DNA from: Podarcis tiliguerta
Lineage: Eukaryota
Direction: 5' to 3' (one strand)
DNA length: 64,000 nt
Assembly (NCBI GenBank): GCA_965153285.1
Contig: OZ229119.1
This document shows positions 27,523 to 40,259 of the stretch, one piece after another. The position numbers were made by a program, and so were the translations under genes. Under the pieces are notes generated by a model. The model was not told the origin of the DNA. It saw only the letters and a program-made list of their open reading frames with translations, and did no database searches. The stretch's first letter is position 1; each line of letters starts with the position of its first letter.

Positions 27523-27639
27523 GTGGATAACAAGCGGCAAGACCTGGAAATCAAAGACAGCAGCGGAATTGACGCCACCAAGCTGACTCGCTTTGTTCGG
27601 ATCAATGAACTCCGCTGGGTAACTGAGTACAACCCTATG
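27523..27639 (+). CDS. ERP27: ERp27 exon 4
   Basis: cttcag|GTG GAT...; VDNKRQDLEIKDSSGIDATKLTRFVRINELRWVTEYNPM; donor ATG|gtaaga. Confidence 0.95.
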
Positions 27640-28238
27640 GTAAGAAAGGACATCTCTATATCATGCTGGATATTTGAATACCGAGTTCACTTTGGAGAGA
27701 ACAAACCCATGAAATTACTGCCCGTTTCTTGACCCGCGAATGAGTTAATTGAATAGTGGCAGAGATGGCCACCAGCTTGGGTGGCTTTAAAAGAAGAATG
27801 GACAAATCCATGGCTATCGATGGCTACTAGCCATGTTTGCTATGCTCTGCCTCCATAGTTAGAGGCAGCAGTGGTTTGGAATACCAGTTGCTGGAAACCA
27901 CAGGAGGGAAGAGGGCTCTTGTGCTTGGATCCTGCTTGCAGGTTTCCTACAGGCATCTGGTTGTCCAATGTGAGAAGAGGATGCTGGACTGGGTGGGCCA
28001 TTGGCTTGACCCAGAAGGCTTTCCTTATGTTCTGATGTCTCTCTCCCTAAGCTTTCCTTGCACTTCCTACCTGCTGCTCCTTCAACCTTCCCGTCTTCTG
28101 CGAACTGAGAAACCGAGCGGGGAGCTTGCCACAGGGCCTAGTACGCTGGACCTCCCACAGTGCTCCAAATCCCACAGGTCTTGAGCTGGAAGGCTCTTCG
28201 AGAAATGCACTCTCTGACCTTTTCTTGTGAATTCTGGA

Positions 28239-28240
<2 letters not shown>

Positions 28241-28278
<38 letters not shown>
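28241..28278. repeat. (AC)n microsatellite
   Basis: Direct reading. Confidence 0.95.
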
Positions 28279-28280
<2 letters not shown>

Positions 28281-29809
28281 CTTCTTTTTATTGACACAGA
28301 GCCTCTCTCAACCCCCACCCTCCATCCTGCCAATCTCCCTGTGGGTGGGTGTAGCGCACAGGGAGGCGGCAGGTCAGCTGTAGGGTGTCCAAGGCCCTTG
28401 TTTGGCTTGTGGGAGAAGGGTGGGGGGAAAGTGCAAGGGGAAGGAAAAAGTCAGATGACAAATTATCCTCCGACGGGAAACTATGCGAGGAGCCCATTGG
28501 CAGTGCCAGGTGACTTGAGGCTCTTCACAGAGGGCTAGTGTGTGCAGCTCAGTCATTCCCAGTGATATATGGAGAGTTCCAGGTCTACTTTCCATGTTGT
28601 TAGCATCCAGTCTGCTTGGACTTGTGGCTTTCAAACACAGTTCGGATTGGTGCTGAAATGTTTTCCAGGCTTCTGCTATGTTTTTCTAAATGGGAATGAT
28701 AGCATCAGAAAGGTATACTTGTGTGTGTGTGTGTGTGTTCTTGGTTGCCATTGCAGTGGTAACACTTCCACAGGATTTTCCATCCTTCGCTTCTTAAGGT
28801 TTGCAGTCTGACTCAGAGAAGCAGCTTAAGCCAAATGGTGGTATATATCATGTTTAGAATAAAGACTCACATAAGTTTTTTTAAAATAGGAAAGATAGAA
28901 TTCCATGGTGATTAAAAAGTGTACATGCAGAGTGGTAAAGAAAATACATGGAAATGGAGCAGTGAAGGCTGCATTCTCACATGCTGGGAGTAAGTCCCAT
29001 TGAACTCAGTTGGGCATCCTTCCAGTTAAAGAGGTAATGGACTGAGCTGAAGATCTTAAAAGCTGTGTTGGACAGGGTAGCCAGCAACCTTTAGGGCAAA
29101 CACAAAGACATAACACTGATGAACATTAAAAGGGCAACTGGGATCTGCAATCTCAAATGTGAACTGTAGAGAATCAACTTTGTCAAATGCAAACGAACAA
29201 GCAAACAGACAAGCCCCCGCCCTCGATATATTCTTGTTCTGTGCCCATGATGCTAATAACTGTCACATGAAGCCTTACCTTCAATACTGTTTGTGCTTGC
29301 AAAGGTTTTAGGGTGGTAACCCTGCTTCACTTCCACACCCCTTAATTTCCTGCCAAAATCTCATAATTTTTAATACCACAAATGTTCCGGTGTATTTTTG
29401 TATGGCTTTTCTTGCGATATATCCACTTGGACAGCAATAATGTCCAAGTCAAAACAATCAAAATCAGGATAAATCCACCACTGTTGTTGTGTCAAGGTCA
29501 ATATCCTGTTGCAGAATACACAGCAACCATCACCATCATCATCCTCCATCTGGAGAGGACCTTGATTTAAAATATCAAGCTTTTGTCTTTTTTTTAAAAA
29601 ATATTGACTTCCTTAAAAAATAATGATGTTTAATTGCTTTTATTCTTACAGGTTAAACAACAACACAAATATAACAAAAGGCACACGCACCCCTTAGGAA
29701 CTAAATATTTAATTCCACCATCAATTTGGGTCCTGGATTTGTGTTTTTGAGAAAATCTTGAGTTTCCAAATCCTCACCTGAAACATATTCTCTTACAAGC
29801 AACTCTTAA

Positions 29810-29818
29810 ACACACACA

Positions 29819-29852
<34 letters not shown>
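29810..29852. repeat. Compound (AC)n(AG)n microsatellite
   Basis: Direct reading. Confidence 0.95.
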
Positions 29853-30641
29853 AGTTTTATTACTGTTTTGAAAAATTATAGTAACATACAAACAAAATAT
29901 AAATAGGAGAATCAAAAATAGGAAAGGAGGATGTTGGTTAATGTGGCTTGACCTTAGAAATTGTTTATGTATAACAAATGCTTCCCAATTGCCTATGCTT
30001 CCCTTTTGCGGATGTCAAGCTCAGTAAGCAGCCATTGAGGGCTGGGGGGGGGGGGCTGCAGCCAATAGCACAGTCCTGTACTGACTTATCCACTTGTTTG
30101 TTGTTCGAAGAAGGGTGTTGAGATGCTTCTTCTTTTGCTTGAATTCAAGCATCTATTGGCCTATGTCTGAATCCAGCAGTTCTAAAAAGAGCACACCTGT
30201 GAATTCTTCTAATTTGTGGGTTTTTGTTTTTTTGCCAGTTTAACAAATACAATGTGCAGACACAAAGAGGAAAACAGTTGAGGGTTGATAAATAGATTAA
30301 TCAGAGCAAAACTGATCAATGTTCTGACAAATCAAGTAACACCTAGCTTACTAACCATCTTAGCTGGCCTTGCCTGAACTTTGTGCAGATTCAACTGCAC
30401 CACCTCGGTCCAGCTCTACTTCATCCTGAAATGTAAATCACCTCTGCTCTTTGCCTCTCTGCTTTTAATCCATTGCATTATCCTCTTTCATTTGGATACA
30501 AACTCGAGGGAGCATTGTCATGATTCTGAGGGCTAGCCTTACGTTTTCAGTGTTCTAGGTTTTAGGGCTTGGTGCTCCAAGAGTGCCTCAGATCTCACAT
30601 TCCCTAATCAACATATTTCTCCATCTCTGATATATTGACAG

Positions 30642-30767
30642 ACTGCAGTAGGTCTCTTTAATAGTACCATTCAGACCCACCTTCTCTTGTTCACTGACAA
30701 GTCATCCCCAAAGCATGTGGAGATGATGGACAAGTATCGTGAAGCAGCAGTTCTCTTCCAAGGGAAG
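30642..30767 (+). CDS. ERP27: ERp27 exon 5
   Basis: tgacag|ACT GCA...; TAVGLFNSTIQTHLLLFTDKSSPKHVEMMDKYREAAVLFQGK; donor AAG|gtaagt. Absent from the ORF track; read manually. Confidence 0.94.
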
Positions 30768-30876
30768 GTAAGTTTGATGCAACTTGGGGTGCAAGGGTTG
30801 TTGTTGTTTTTTTGATCCTTCCAGACAGAAGCAGTAATTTATGATTGGGCACACTATGGTCTAAAGTGGGGTTGAC

Positions 30877-31215
30877 CAGCGGCGGAAGAAGGGGGTGCGA
30901 GGGGTGCAGTCCACACCGGGTGTCATCACCGGGTGGGTGACAAAATGAGTTTAAAAATTAAAAATTGGGCTCACAAAACTTTTTAGGAGTGACGTGGTGG
31001 CTTAGGCACCTGCAGGTTCCATGCTGCCTGAAATGGCAGCATGGGACTTACCTGTGCCTACTGCTTCTCCCTCAGCCGTCCTACAGCTGAGGGGGAAGCG
31101 GCAGAGAGGCTCCAAGCATCGGAGAGGCTTGTCCGGCCACATGAGCAGCTTGCCCTGCTCCCGGCTACAGGACACGCCCCCGCACTAGGCACCCGAGCGG
31201 CTAGCTACGCCGCTG
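30877..31215. mobile_element. hAT-type MITE
   Basis: CAGCGGCG...CGCCGCTG termini; perfect 8-bp TSD GGGTTGAC. Confidence 0.88.
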
Positions 31216-31406
31216 GGGTTGACACCAGCTGCTGGCATCAACAAGCACTTGCCAAGACTCACTCCCCAGTAGCAGCAGGTGAGCAATGAAAAGGAGAAGG
31301 AACTAAATTCCTCACACTTTGTTCTCCCCACCCCCCTGCTCAGGAAATCATGCCAACTGCGCCCAGAGGCGGCAGCAAGGGAATGGACAGTGGCAACAGG
31401 AGATCA

Positions 31407-31730
31407 GGGCCACATCTATACCTTTAAAGCACTATTATACCACTTTAACAGTCCTGGCTTCTCCCAAAGCATCCTGGGGATTGTAATTTCTTAAGTGTGC
31501 CGAGAGTTGTTAGGAAACCCCTATTCCCCACACAGAATTACAATTCCCAGAGTGGTTTAACAATCAATCCCTCTTCCCAGGGAACGCTGAGAAATGCAGC
31601 TCTGTGGAGGGAATAGGAACCTGTTTCTTTACAATTCTCAGTAACCTTAACAAATTGCAGTTCCCAGGGTGCTTTGGAGGAAGCCAAGTGGTATAAGAGT
31701 GCTTTTAATGTCGGGTGTGGATGTAGCCCA
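31407..31730. mobile_element. Old palindromic non-autonomous DNA element
   Basis: Termini GGGCCACATCT... / ...GGATGTAGCCC with inverted internal halves; relatives at ~5120-5310, ~9535-9695 and ~35630-35745. Confidence 0.55.
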
Positions 31731-33393
31731 GGAGAACAGTCATGGAGATATGAGATTAGAAAATAACTTTGTAGAATACATGAAAACTCATTGGGGAACT
31801 TTTGGTTTAATACTAGTAGTCACTTGCCAAAGTAGAAATGCTATGCATTTCAAAAGACTTTTGGGATCCATTTCCTTCGCTGATGGCCAGCTTCCATTTT
31901 TATTATATATCTGAGTCACAGTTCAACTCTGGAAAAGAACTTGGAGTGGCCAATGGCACTGCTGCTCCTGTTCCATTGGCCACCTCCTGATGTCTCTGAA
32001 TATTCCATATGCCTGAAGAGCTTTCTTCAAATGGCAGCACAACCCTCCCTCGGACTTGCCAGGTGAACTGCGCTGAGGACACTGAGTCAGAATTTCAGAG
32101 CTTATAATGTCGTAGAGGTTTCTTTGTTGCTTCTGTTTAAATTACTGACCTAAACACCAGGGGCTTCAGAAACCTGTAGGTGATCTCATGTGAATTCTTT
32201 CCCCCAGGTTTTCAGTTCCAAACATCTTCTACACAAATGTTGTTTTAATAGGTGAAAAGACTTCTGAGACACGCAGGATCAAAGGCTGGTGTTTGGGCAG
32301 GAGCAGGTCCAACAATCTTTGCCTAAAGTCCATGGCGCTATTATGCGGAACCCATATTAAAGACAGAGCTTCATAACTGTCTGGTCCGCATAGTCTAGCT
32401 AGAATCCAACATGGGGAACACACAGCTCTGAGTCACTCTCCCCATCCCATACCCTCCCCCAAACCATGCTTTCCCATCTATTATTATTATTTGCATGCAA
32501 AATACAAATGTGGGGAAGCTCAGAGATCGAGCAAATGCTTTGCATGCACAGGGTCTCAGATTCAGTCTCTGGCTTCTCCAGGTAGAGGTGGGGAAAATTC
32601 CTGATGGAGATTTAAATGAAGAACAGAATAGGGTGACACAGAAGCATTTTTCTTTTCTATGTGAGTAAAGGTAGATGGAAATGCATGACTTTGGGATGGG
32701 AAGTGATATAGGGCCACTCTAGACTTTTTGTTTTTGCAGATGATACTATTATGAGCACAAATCATAAGAAATGCCGCATTAAAAGGATGGTCATTCCCCA
32801 CTTTTAATTGCTCAGACCCCCCCTTGTCAATTGCCCTTGCCTCCCATTCCTCTGTCCCCTCTGCTAATTCAGGTTTGCTATTTTCAGTTAGAAGAGACTG
32901 CAAGGCTGGCCCACTTTGCTGCTCAAGGCAAAACATCAACACACACATACACACATACTGTTCCTCAAGTCAAGGTGCATAGTACCCAAAGCTGATTCTG
33001 ACTACAGATGCACACAGTGGTATTCCCTTCACTGTGGTGCTTCACAGAAAGGTCTAAACCCCTCTGGCCAGACCAGAACCCTCAGTGTTACCTGCCCTCT
33101 CTGCTCTTCAGATCTGAAAAGCAGAGAGGATGTGATTTCCTCCACTTCCTGCCACTGGGTTGACTGGTGAGGTTTCAATCCCCATGTCTAGCCCAGCTCC
33201 ATGATGTTACTGCTGTGTGTCTGATGGGCCACAAAACATGGTTTGGGGGCGAGATCTGGCCCGTAGGCCAACAGTTTGCAAATATCTAGGTTACTGGGGC
33301 TCCTCTGAGCTCTCATAATATGTGTGATAACATTCATTTGCCTGTGTGAGCATTCTAAAATATCTCTACGCCTTTCCTATTGCCTCCTTGAAG

Positions 33394-33591
33394 ATTCTTT
33401 TTATCTCCGTGGACGTCCGTGCAAAGGGCAATGACAGGGTTATGTCTTATTTCCGCCTGAAGAAGTCTCAGCTTCCTGCACTGGCTGCATTCCACACACC
33501 AGATGAGGAGCAGGAGGTGCTGTCCGTGGATGAAGTCTCCCTGGAGACTGTAAGGCGTTTTTGCAATGGTTTCTTACAGAGAAAGGAATTG
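33394..33591 (+). CDS. ERP27: ERp27 exon 6
   Basis: ttgaag|ATT CTT...; ILFISVDVRAKGNDRVMSYFRLKKSQLPALAAFHTPDEEQEVLSVDEVSLETVRRFCNGFLQRKEL; donor TTG|gtgagt. Confidence 0.95.
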
Positions 33592-35154
33592 GTGAGTGCA
33601 CAGGATGACAAGTGGGCTGACCAATCACAGCTTTCTGCTCAATTATCAACCCCACCCCCTGGAAATGTTGTTCCCACTTTTCCACTTCAATCTGATGTCT
33701 AGTTTTATACCTGACATAGCTGGTAGTGTTTCAGAGCAATGCTTTTGCACCTAAATCATAAACAGAGGACCAAACTAGATATTACACCTTTAAAAAAAAA
33801 AAAAAGCAAATATCAGCCAATGGGGGCAGAGAAGATGAATGATTATCAATACAGCCAGTGGTGGTAATGGAGGTGTTTAACACTTTCCTGGAATGCTAAG
33901 GTCTCTTATTGGTGCCTATGGAGGATTTCCTTCCAATGTAAATAATAGCTTCTAAGGGGCTATTTTCATGAGGGCTACTCCTGGGGAGGAAAGGGTTATA
34001 CCCACTCATCCCTACCAGGTGAGATTCTGATAACTGTCAGCCCTCCCAGTGCCTGTTTTTAAAATCATGAAGTCTAAATGCAAAGATGCATTTAACTCAT
34101 CCTAAATAATGCAGATCATTTCTGACATAGCAGGTACTGTGTGCATCCCCATCTGTCAACATAGTTCTGAATTATTAGTGGGTCATAGCAGTGCTATTGC
34201 ATCAAGCATAACCATCCATAGCTTCCCCTGAGCCAGTTCAGAGTCACAATACACATCCTCTTGAGTGCTTGTGAAATCTTCTCTATCGCTTCCCTAAGAA
34301 AAAGTGTCCATGTAGAAACCATTTCTGTGTAGCTCAGTCTATCATGGAAGTAGAATAATTTCTCCTTCTGAAAAGTTGTGCAGTCTCAAAAGATTTAGAG
34401 ATCTGTGCTAAAAATAATTTCTTAAATCTGAAATTATAGGATTGGAATAAATTATGCAAATGGAACAAATGTGAACAATTACATTCAGTTTGTACGTTTT
34501 CTCCTCTGGCTACACAGCTTGATTTCTCTCCTCTCCCCCCCCCCCCCTGCAATGGAAATGTTTAGTTCCGTTGTTTTATTTTTGTTTTTCCAGGATTTGG
34601 GTAAGGAGGTTTTGGACTCATGGAAAACTGGGGAATTGTGGTGGAATATACATGCAAGAGTCAGGGCGCAGGGACTCCAGATGATGGGGGAAAGTTTGGG
34701 AACTGGCAAAAGCAACTCTGCCTCATTTCCTTGAAAGAGGAAACCTTAGGAATTATGGGGCCTGCTGCTGTTGTGGAGACAGAAGAGATCCACTAGGGAA
34801 TGGATCTTCAGAATATCTCGGTGCCAAGTTTATCTGCACATATTTTCCCCCTCCTAATTCCTGTCTTGCTCTTTAATCTTGATGCGAAGCGAGTCCCCTA
34901 CCTCCTTGTTCTGCTAAAAAATGAAAAAAATCACATGAAATATTCATTATATGTATAATATTATAGGCATATGCACTCCAGATTTCCTACAGTAACCAGC
35001 AGATAACAGGTAAATACAGCGATACAATAAAATTTTATACAATTACAGCAGAATATATATGGTATATGCAACAGAGATTTCCTGCCTTCAGAGGTCTTGT
35101 TTGAGTGATGGTAGGAAAACTAAAATGGTATAAGAGATTAGCCCCCATATTAAT

Positions 35155-35292
35155 GTGGCTCAGTTGGTAGAGGATGACACTCTTGATCTCGGGCTTGTGG
35201 GTTGGAGCCCCATGTTGGGCAAATGATTCCTGCATTGCAGGGGCTTGGACTAGATGGCTCTCAGGGTAACTCTACAATTCTATGGTTCTATG
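35155..35292 (+). mobile_element. tRNA-Lys-derived SINE with CR1 3' tail
   Basis: Head GCTCAGTTGGTAGAG..ACTCTTGATCTC..GTGGGTTGGAGCCCCATGTTGGGC resembles tRNA-Lys(CTT); then GATTCCTGCATTGCAGGGG..GGACTAGATG..TTCTATG. Confidence 0.75.
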
Positions 35293-35407
35293 CACAGCGA
35301 GAGACACCAAGTGCTCTTTCAGGATCTCAAGTGTCTCCACTCCCAGTTCATCTTTCCACTAAAAATCATGATGTTGACGTGGTTCCTTTTGTTCTGCTTT
35401 ATTTCAG

Positions 35408-35455
35408 AAAGAAAACTCTAAGCCAGAGGATAAGATCTTCAAAGAGGAACTCTGA
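35408..35455 (+). CDS. ERP27: ERp27 last exon with ER-retrieval signal
   Basis: tttcag|AAA GAA...; KENSKPEDKIFKEEL*; KDEL-like KEEL. Exons total 822 nt = 273 aa + stop; no CXXC, as expected for non-catalytic ERp27. Confidence 0.93.
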   Translation, partial: KENSKPEDKIFKEEL

Positions 35456-36603
35456 CTCTGTTCCAACAGCCTCTAGCCACAGCCTAATTCCTGCTGTAGT
35501 TCTGCGCATACTCTTGTCCTGGGGAGTTGGGGGATAATCAGCAGCAACCAACAGTCACACAACAGAAATGTGCCAGACCATGTCAGCCGAGTTCAATACT
35601 TCCTCGATCCTCCCATAAATGCTCACATTGGGCAGACCCACACTATACCTCTGGCTTTCACCAGAGATATATGGGAACTGTAGAGTTATTTGGGGGAAGT
35701 CATGTGCTTTACATGTGCATTGAATATGCTTTAAAGGTATAGCCTGGGTCTACCCATTGTCTTTCCTACTTTACCAGCTCCATCTTTTCAGTTTTGTTCT
35801 TTGGTAATTCAAGCTCTGCCTTGTTTTGCAAACAATGAGATTAAGGGCTGCTGGGATCTGCTAGCTTTGGACAGGCTGCCAGGTAGTTGGCTCTTGACAT
35901 TGCAATGCCACGTTAGTGGTGGGTTTATTCTATTTTAGTTTGTTCTGCAATGCTTTCCCTACGCTGCCACATTATTGCTGTCTGGAGGGGTTATAGTGCA
36001 ACAAAAGTGGAACAAAAATAAAAAGAACATTTGTGGCATAATAAATATGGGATTCCAACAGGAGGTTACAGGATATGCACAGACTGGGAATAAAGCAACG
36101 TGACCAAACTTTTGCAGGCACAAACAGTAGTGATAGCTCATGTGTGAGCTCCCCATTAGCATCATGAGCACATATAATCATGAAAGTGCAATAAAAGGGT
36201 GTCTGAAGAGTCCCACCTGGGAAAATGTTGCATCAAAACTGGGGGCGGGGGGTCAGGAAAGACTCATGATTAAGGCCTGAGATAGCTCCTCTACACAATC
36301 TTGTAATAGTCACTTGAAGGAAAATCTTACAGCAGTACAGCTTTGAGGCCTAAACCTGGGTGTATTTAATTAGTTGGTTGTGTCTTTAAAGCACTCTTTA
36401 GCTGAAGTGCCTCCTGGAGCAGCTTTATAAAGATCCCCAAAGAAAACAGGATGGGGAAAAAGCAAGCTCAGCCTCCAGGTCTTAAAAGTTACGGTTCTTA
36501 TAACAACCAGCTGGCATAGAAACAGTTCAGGAAGCCAGATGGGATGGCAGCTGTTAGGTGAGAGTTGCATTAAGTCTTGTTTGCCACCCCAATCTCCAAG
36601 CAG

Positions 36604-36998
36604 TGTGGAAATCTAGGGGGTTCAGGGCTCGGTTTCCTTGGGCAGAGGGAAAGCAGAGACTGTAGTGTCTTTATGATATATGGTTTATTTACACATATGT
36701 ATAACCTGAGCCTACGATGCAGATCACAGCATTAACGCTCCAAGGGGCTCTTGCTTCTCCCATAGTCACAGCCTTGGATTCAAGCAGAAATCAATCTCTG
36801 GTTTCTGCCAGCAGCCTCCTTCCAGCTCTCTCTCACACAAGTGGCTTTTGTCTTTCTCACTACCAGCAAGGTGAGGAAGAAGGGCCCATCCATTTGCCCT
36901 CTGACACGGAGAAACTTCGCTTGTCATACTAAGGACTGTACAGTACTCACATAAATAGTAATGAGAATCCTTGGCTAATTCAACAATGGAATCCTACA
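36604..36998 (-). mobile_element. Possible solo LTR
   Basis: TGT...ACA ends with imperfect inverted termini (TGTGGAAATC vs TGTAGGATTC) and a minus-strand AATAAA; no TSD seen. Confidence 0.3.
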
Positions 36999-37635
36999 TT
37001 AGATTTTAGCTCTTGCTGGACTTAGGATTCCAGGATCACAAGGGATTCTGGCATCATGCAGGCTGACCGCCTCCTGTCCAAACCTCACAACAGTATTATG
37101 GGGAACAAAAAGAGCTCCTTGGTCCAATTCAGTACTTAAGATTCTGTTTTTCTTCAGCAAGGGTGTATAAAATGCATCCTGTCAGAGTCTCCAGCGAAAA
37201 GGTAGTCTGCAAGGGGCTCACTTTACAACAGAATTGTAAAAATGTAGTTGGCAGGGGGGGGAGGTTATAGCTGACTGGCTTTAACTGAAGTGCTTGCTGA
37301 GTCAGACTGCTGAAGAGTGGGGAGGAGGAAAGCTGCTACAGATGAAGAGTATCGCTGCATCCAAGATGTGGCAGAGAGCTATCCCGCTTCGCTCTTGGCA
37401 TACCCTTTCTAACCCTGACAGATTGCTGCTGCCATGTGAACAGTTGCCACGTTGTCTCTCAGGAAGGCATTGGACTTGAGGGGAACTGCTAAGTACTGCA
37501 CAGCAGAGAAACCACAGAACACCCCCTGTCCCCAAGGGCAAAGCTAGGAGTAAAAGGCCACTCTTGTTCTCCTAATCCTTGCTCAGCCGCCTCCATCTCT
37601 GAAAGTGGAGTTACCAGCAGCAATGTGCGGTGGTG

Positions 37636-37637
<2 letters not shown>

Positions 37638-37663
<26 letters not shown>
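37638..37663. repeat. (CAG)n microsatellite, intergenic
   Basis: Direct reading. Confidence 0.9.
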
Positions 37664-37666
<3 letters not shown>

Positions 37667-40000
37667 GAGGACACGACAGCCAAGGGAATAAGATGGACTT
37701 GCATGGCCCACAGCGCTGAGTCAAAGGATCTCTATCCTCTAAAACAGCCTCTTGTTGCAACTTATAAGGCCACTTGCAATTTCTCGGGTGCCTCCGTTTG
37801 TCCCTTGCTAATTCTTCTCATCTCAGGATTTCATTTTCCACTCTGAATTGCACTGAGTCAACACCAGAGCTGCAAAGCTGAACAGCCCTACTATGGGATC
37901 TTGGCACAACGGCGTGAGTGGAATTGGCACGCGCTTAAAGCTCTGGGTTCTACTGTGCTGGGAACTGGCAGTGCAAAAACACACACACGCAAATCACCAA
38001 CTTGTAAACAACAACAACACCCAGGAACGTATTGCAGGCACTCCTACAGACACAAAACCCCACATCTGCTCTCCTACTGCCTAGAATGGATAGAGAGATC
38101 ATTGCTGCACAGAAGTGACTGGTTAGGAATCACTTCTTCACAGAGCACATACAGTAGTTGAACTGGAATTTGCTAGTACAGCAAGTAGCAAAGGCAGCCA
38201 ACTTGGATTTCTTTAAGAAGGAATAAGAAAAGTTCATGGCAGATAAGATATGCACCTTCTGCAATGTCAATGACAGTTGCTGGGACACATTGGGGGGTGG
38301 GGAGAGTGCTGCTGCATTCATGTCCTGCATGCAGGCTTCTCAAGGATCTGGTTGGCCATTGTGAGAATAGGATGCTGGACCAGATGGGCCTTTGGGATGA
38401 TCTATCTGGGCTCTTCTTGGGTTAAGTTCTCCATTGGTCCTGCCTCCACTGAACATGGTAAACACAAACTCTCAACTCAACCTTCCTGATCTGTATTGCC
38501 TAATGAATCTGATCTCATCATTTCAGTTTGACCTTCACATCCATAGAACTTCATGCCATCATCACCACTCCTATTTATCTGAACTTATAATTATCCAGAC
38601 ATTGTGAATATTCCCCAATTGAAAGGAAGCTTTCCATCATTCCACCTGCAAAGAGAAAATTTATCAAAACCAGTGCCCTACCTTTATCAGTCCTATTGGC
38701 AAAATCCATACATTTCTGTTTGTCCTGTACTGTTTCCACTGACTGCTGGGTGTCCAAAGATCCTCAGAGCAAGAGGATGTTCATATCATATGACCAAGTG
38801 TCACAAGACATTTCCCATGATCTCAGCATATGGTCAAATGTAATGGTTTCATAGGCAAATCTCTTTTTGGGAAATTAGGCTTCAGAACATCTTTACTTTG
38901 TAGGAGGGCCTTGCCTTAAATACTTAATTGTCACACACTTGTAATTCTTTTATACCAAGGCTAGGAAATCTTTTACCTTCCAAATGTTGTTTGGATCCAA
39001 ATCCCATTGGTCCCAGCCAGTGTCCTGTCTCTCGCCCTTGAACTCGGAATTTGAACTGTTGTCACGTCTGGAGTTTTTGAAAGTTCTATTGATAAATTCA
39101 GTACAACATCCCACCATGGGTATACAGGTTACACACAGGTAAGGCATGACAGAGTACTATGATACATGACTAGGCGCAACTAAGCTATTGATCCAACACT
39201 TGACATGCTCCCTCTGAGAGTGGGGTGTGCACAGCTATTCACACAGACAGGACATGCAAGGTTTGCTTGAACCAGCTCTGTTCCCTTCCTTCTTTGGAGA
39301 CAAAAGTGGAGGTGACATAGCTGGCTCCCTGTCAGACGTATTCCTGGGTGTCTTCCTTGAGGGATGAGGTGCATAGGGTGTCCAGTACCATAGAGGCAGG
39401 CTGTTCTTCTGCTAGGCCACTAGACCCCCTGAATCCAGATCACCACCTCCCAATTTACTAGGACCACCCCTGGGCCAATCTCCTAAGTGCTCATCCCTCA
39501 ACTTGCTAGGATCTTCCCTTGGGTCGACCTCCTCCAATTCCCTGTGTTCTTCCCATTCCTCATCCTCATCTGACTACCCTTTCCGCAATGTCTCCATGGG
39601 TCTCATGACATCCAGTAGTGGACAGCGGAGTGGGGTAGAGGTACTTTCTGGCAGGTGAAGGACTGCTGCTTAAAGGGAAGGGCAAGTGTCAGGGGGGTGG
39701 CGCAGTGCATACGAGCTAATAGGAGTATTGCAGTGGCTCTGCTGGTGCTCTTGCACCAAACCACCTTGATCCTCACCCTCCTCCTGGTAAGCAGCAGCGA
39801 CTCATCTGCTGGGAGGTCAGACAAGTGTCTCCATGCCACCACTACTCCATCCACTGCTGGTCCCAGTCAGCGTGGTCAGTCATCAGGGATGATAAATTCA
39901 ACAGCCTCTAGAGAGCCACAGGTTCCATGTCCCTATTTCATGCAAATAACAAAAGATAGGGGACTGGGCCAGACAAAGGCACTGTATAACTTGTATAACA

Positions 40001-40259
40001 CATGCACAGAGTATGGGAAACAAGCAACATGAATTGGAGCTTTTAATACAGGATGGCAAATATGACCTGGTAGGCATTACCAGAACCTGGTGGGATGAGA
40101 CCCATGATGGGAATGTAGGAATTGAGGGGTATAACATGTTCAAAAGGAATAGGCAACAAGGATGTTTTCATGGATAGTTGAGATTCCTGCATTGCAGGGG
40201 GTTGGGCTAGATGACCCTCGGGGTCCCTTCAAAGACTATATAGTTCTATGAGTCTATGA
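40001..40259 (+). mobile_element. Internally deleted CR1: endonuclease N-terminus joined to the 3' tail
   Basis: HAQSMGNKQHELELLIQDGKYDLVGITRTWWDETHDGNVGIEGYNMFKRNR followed directly by GATTCCTGCATTGCAGGGG...TTCTATG. Confidence 0.8.

Noticed and set aside
35155-35220. tRNA-Lys gene
   Set aside because: Degenerate stems and fusion to a CR1 tail mark it as a SINE.
37625-37846. PolyQ-containing ORF
   Set aside because: Product of a CAG microsatellite; no exon context or homology.
38950-39600. Possible decayed Gypsy gag/protease on the minus strand (VTCI..HG-like)
   Set aside because: Motif too short and broken to support a call without a search.
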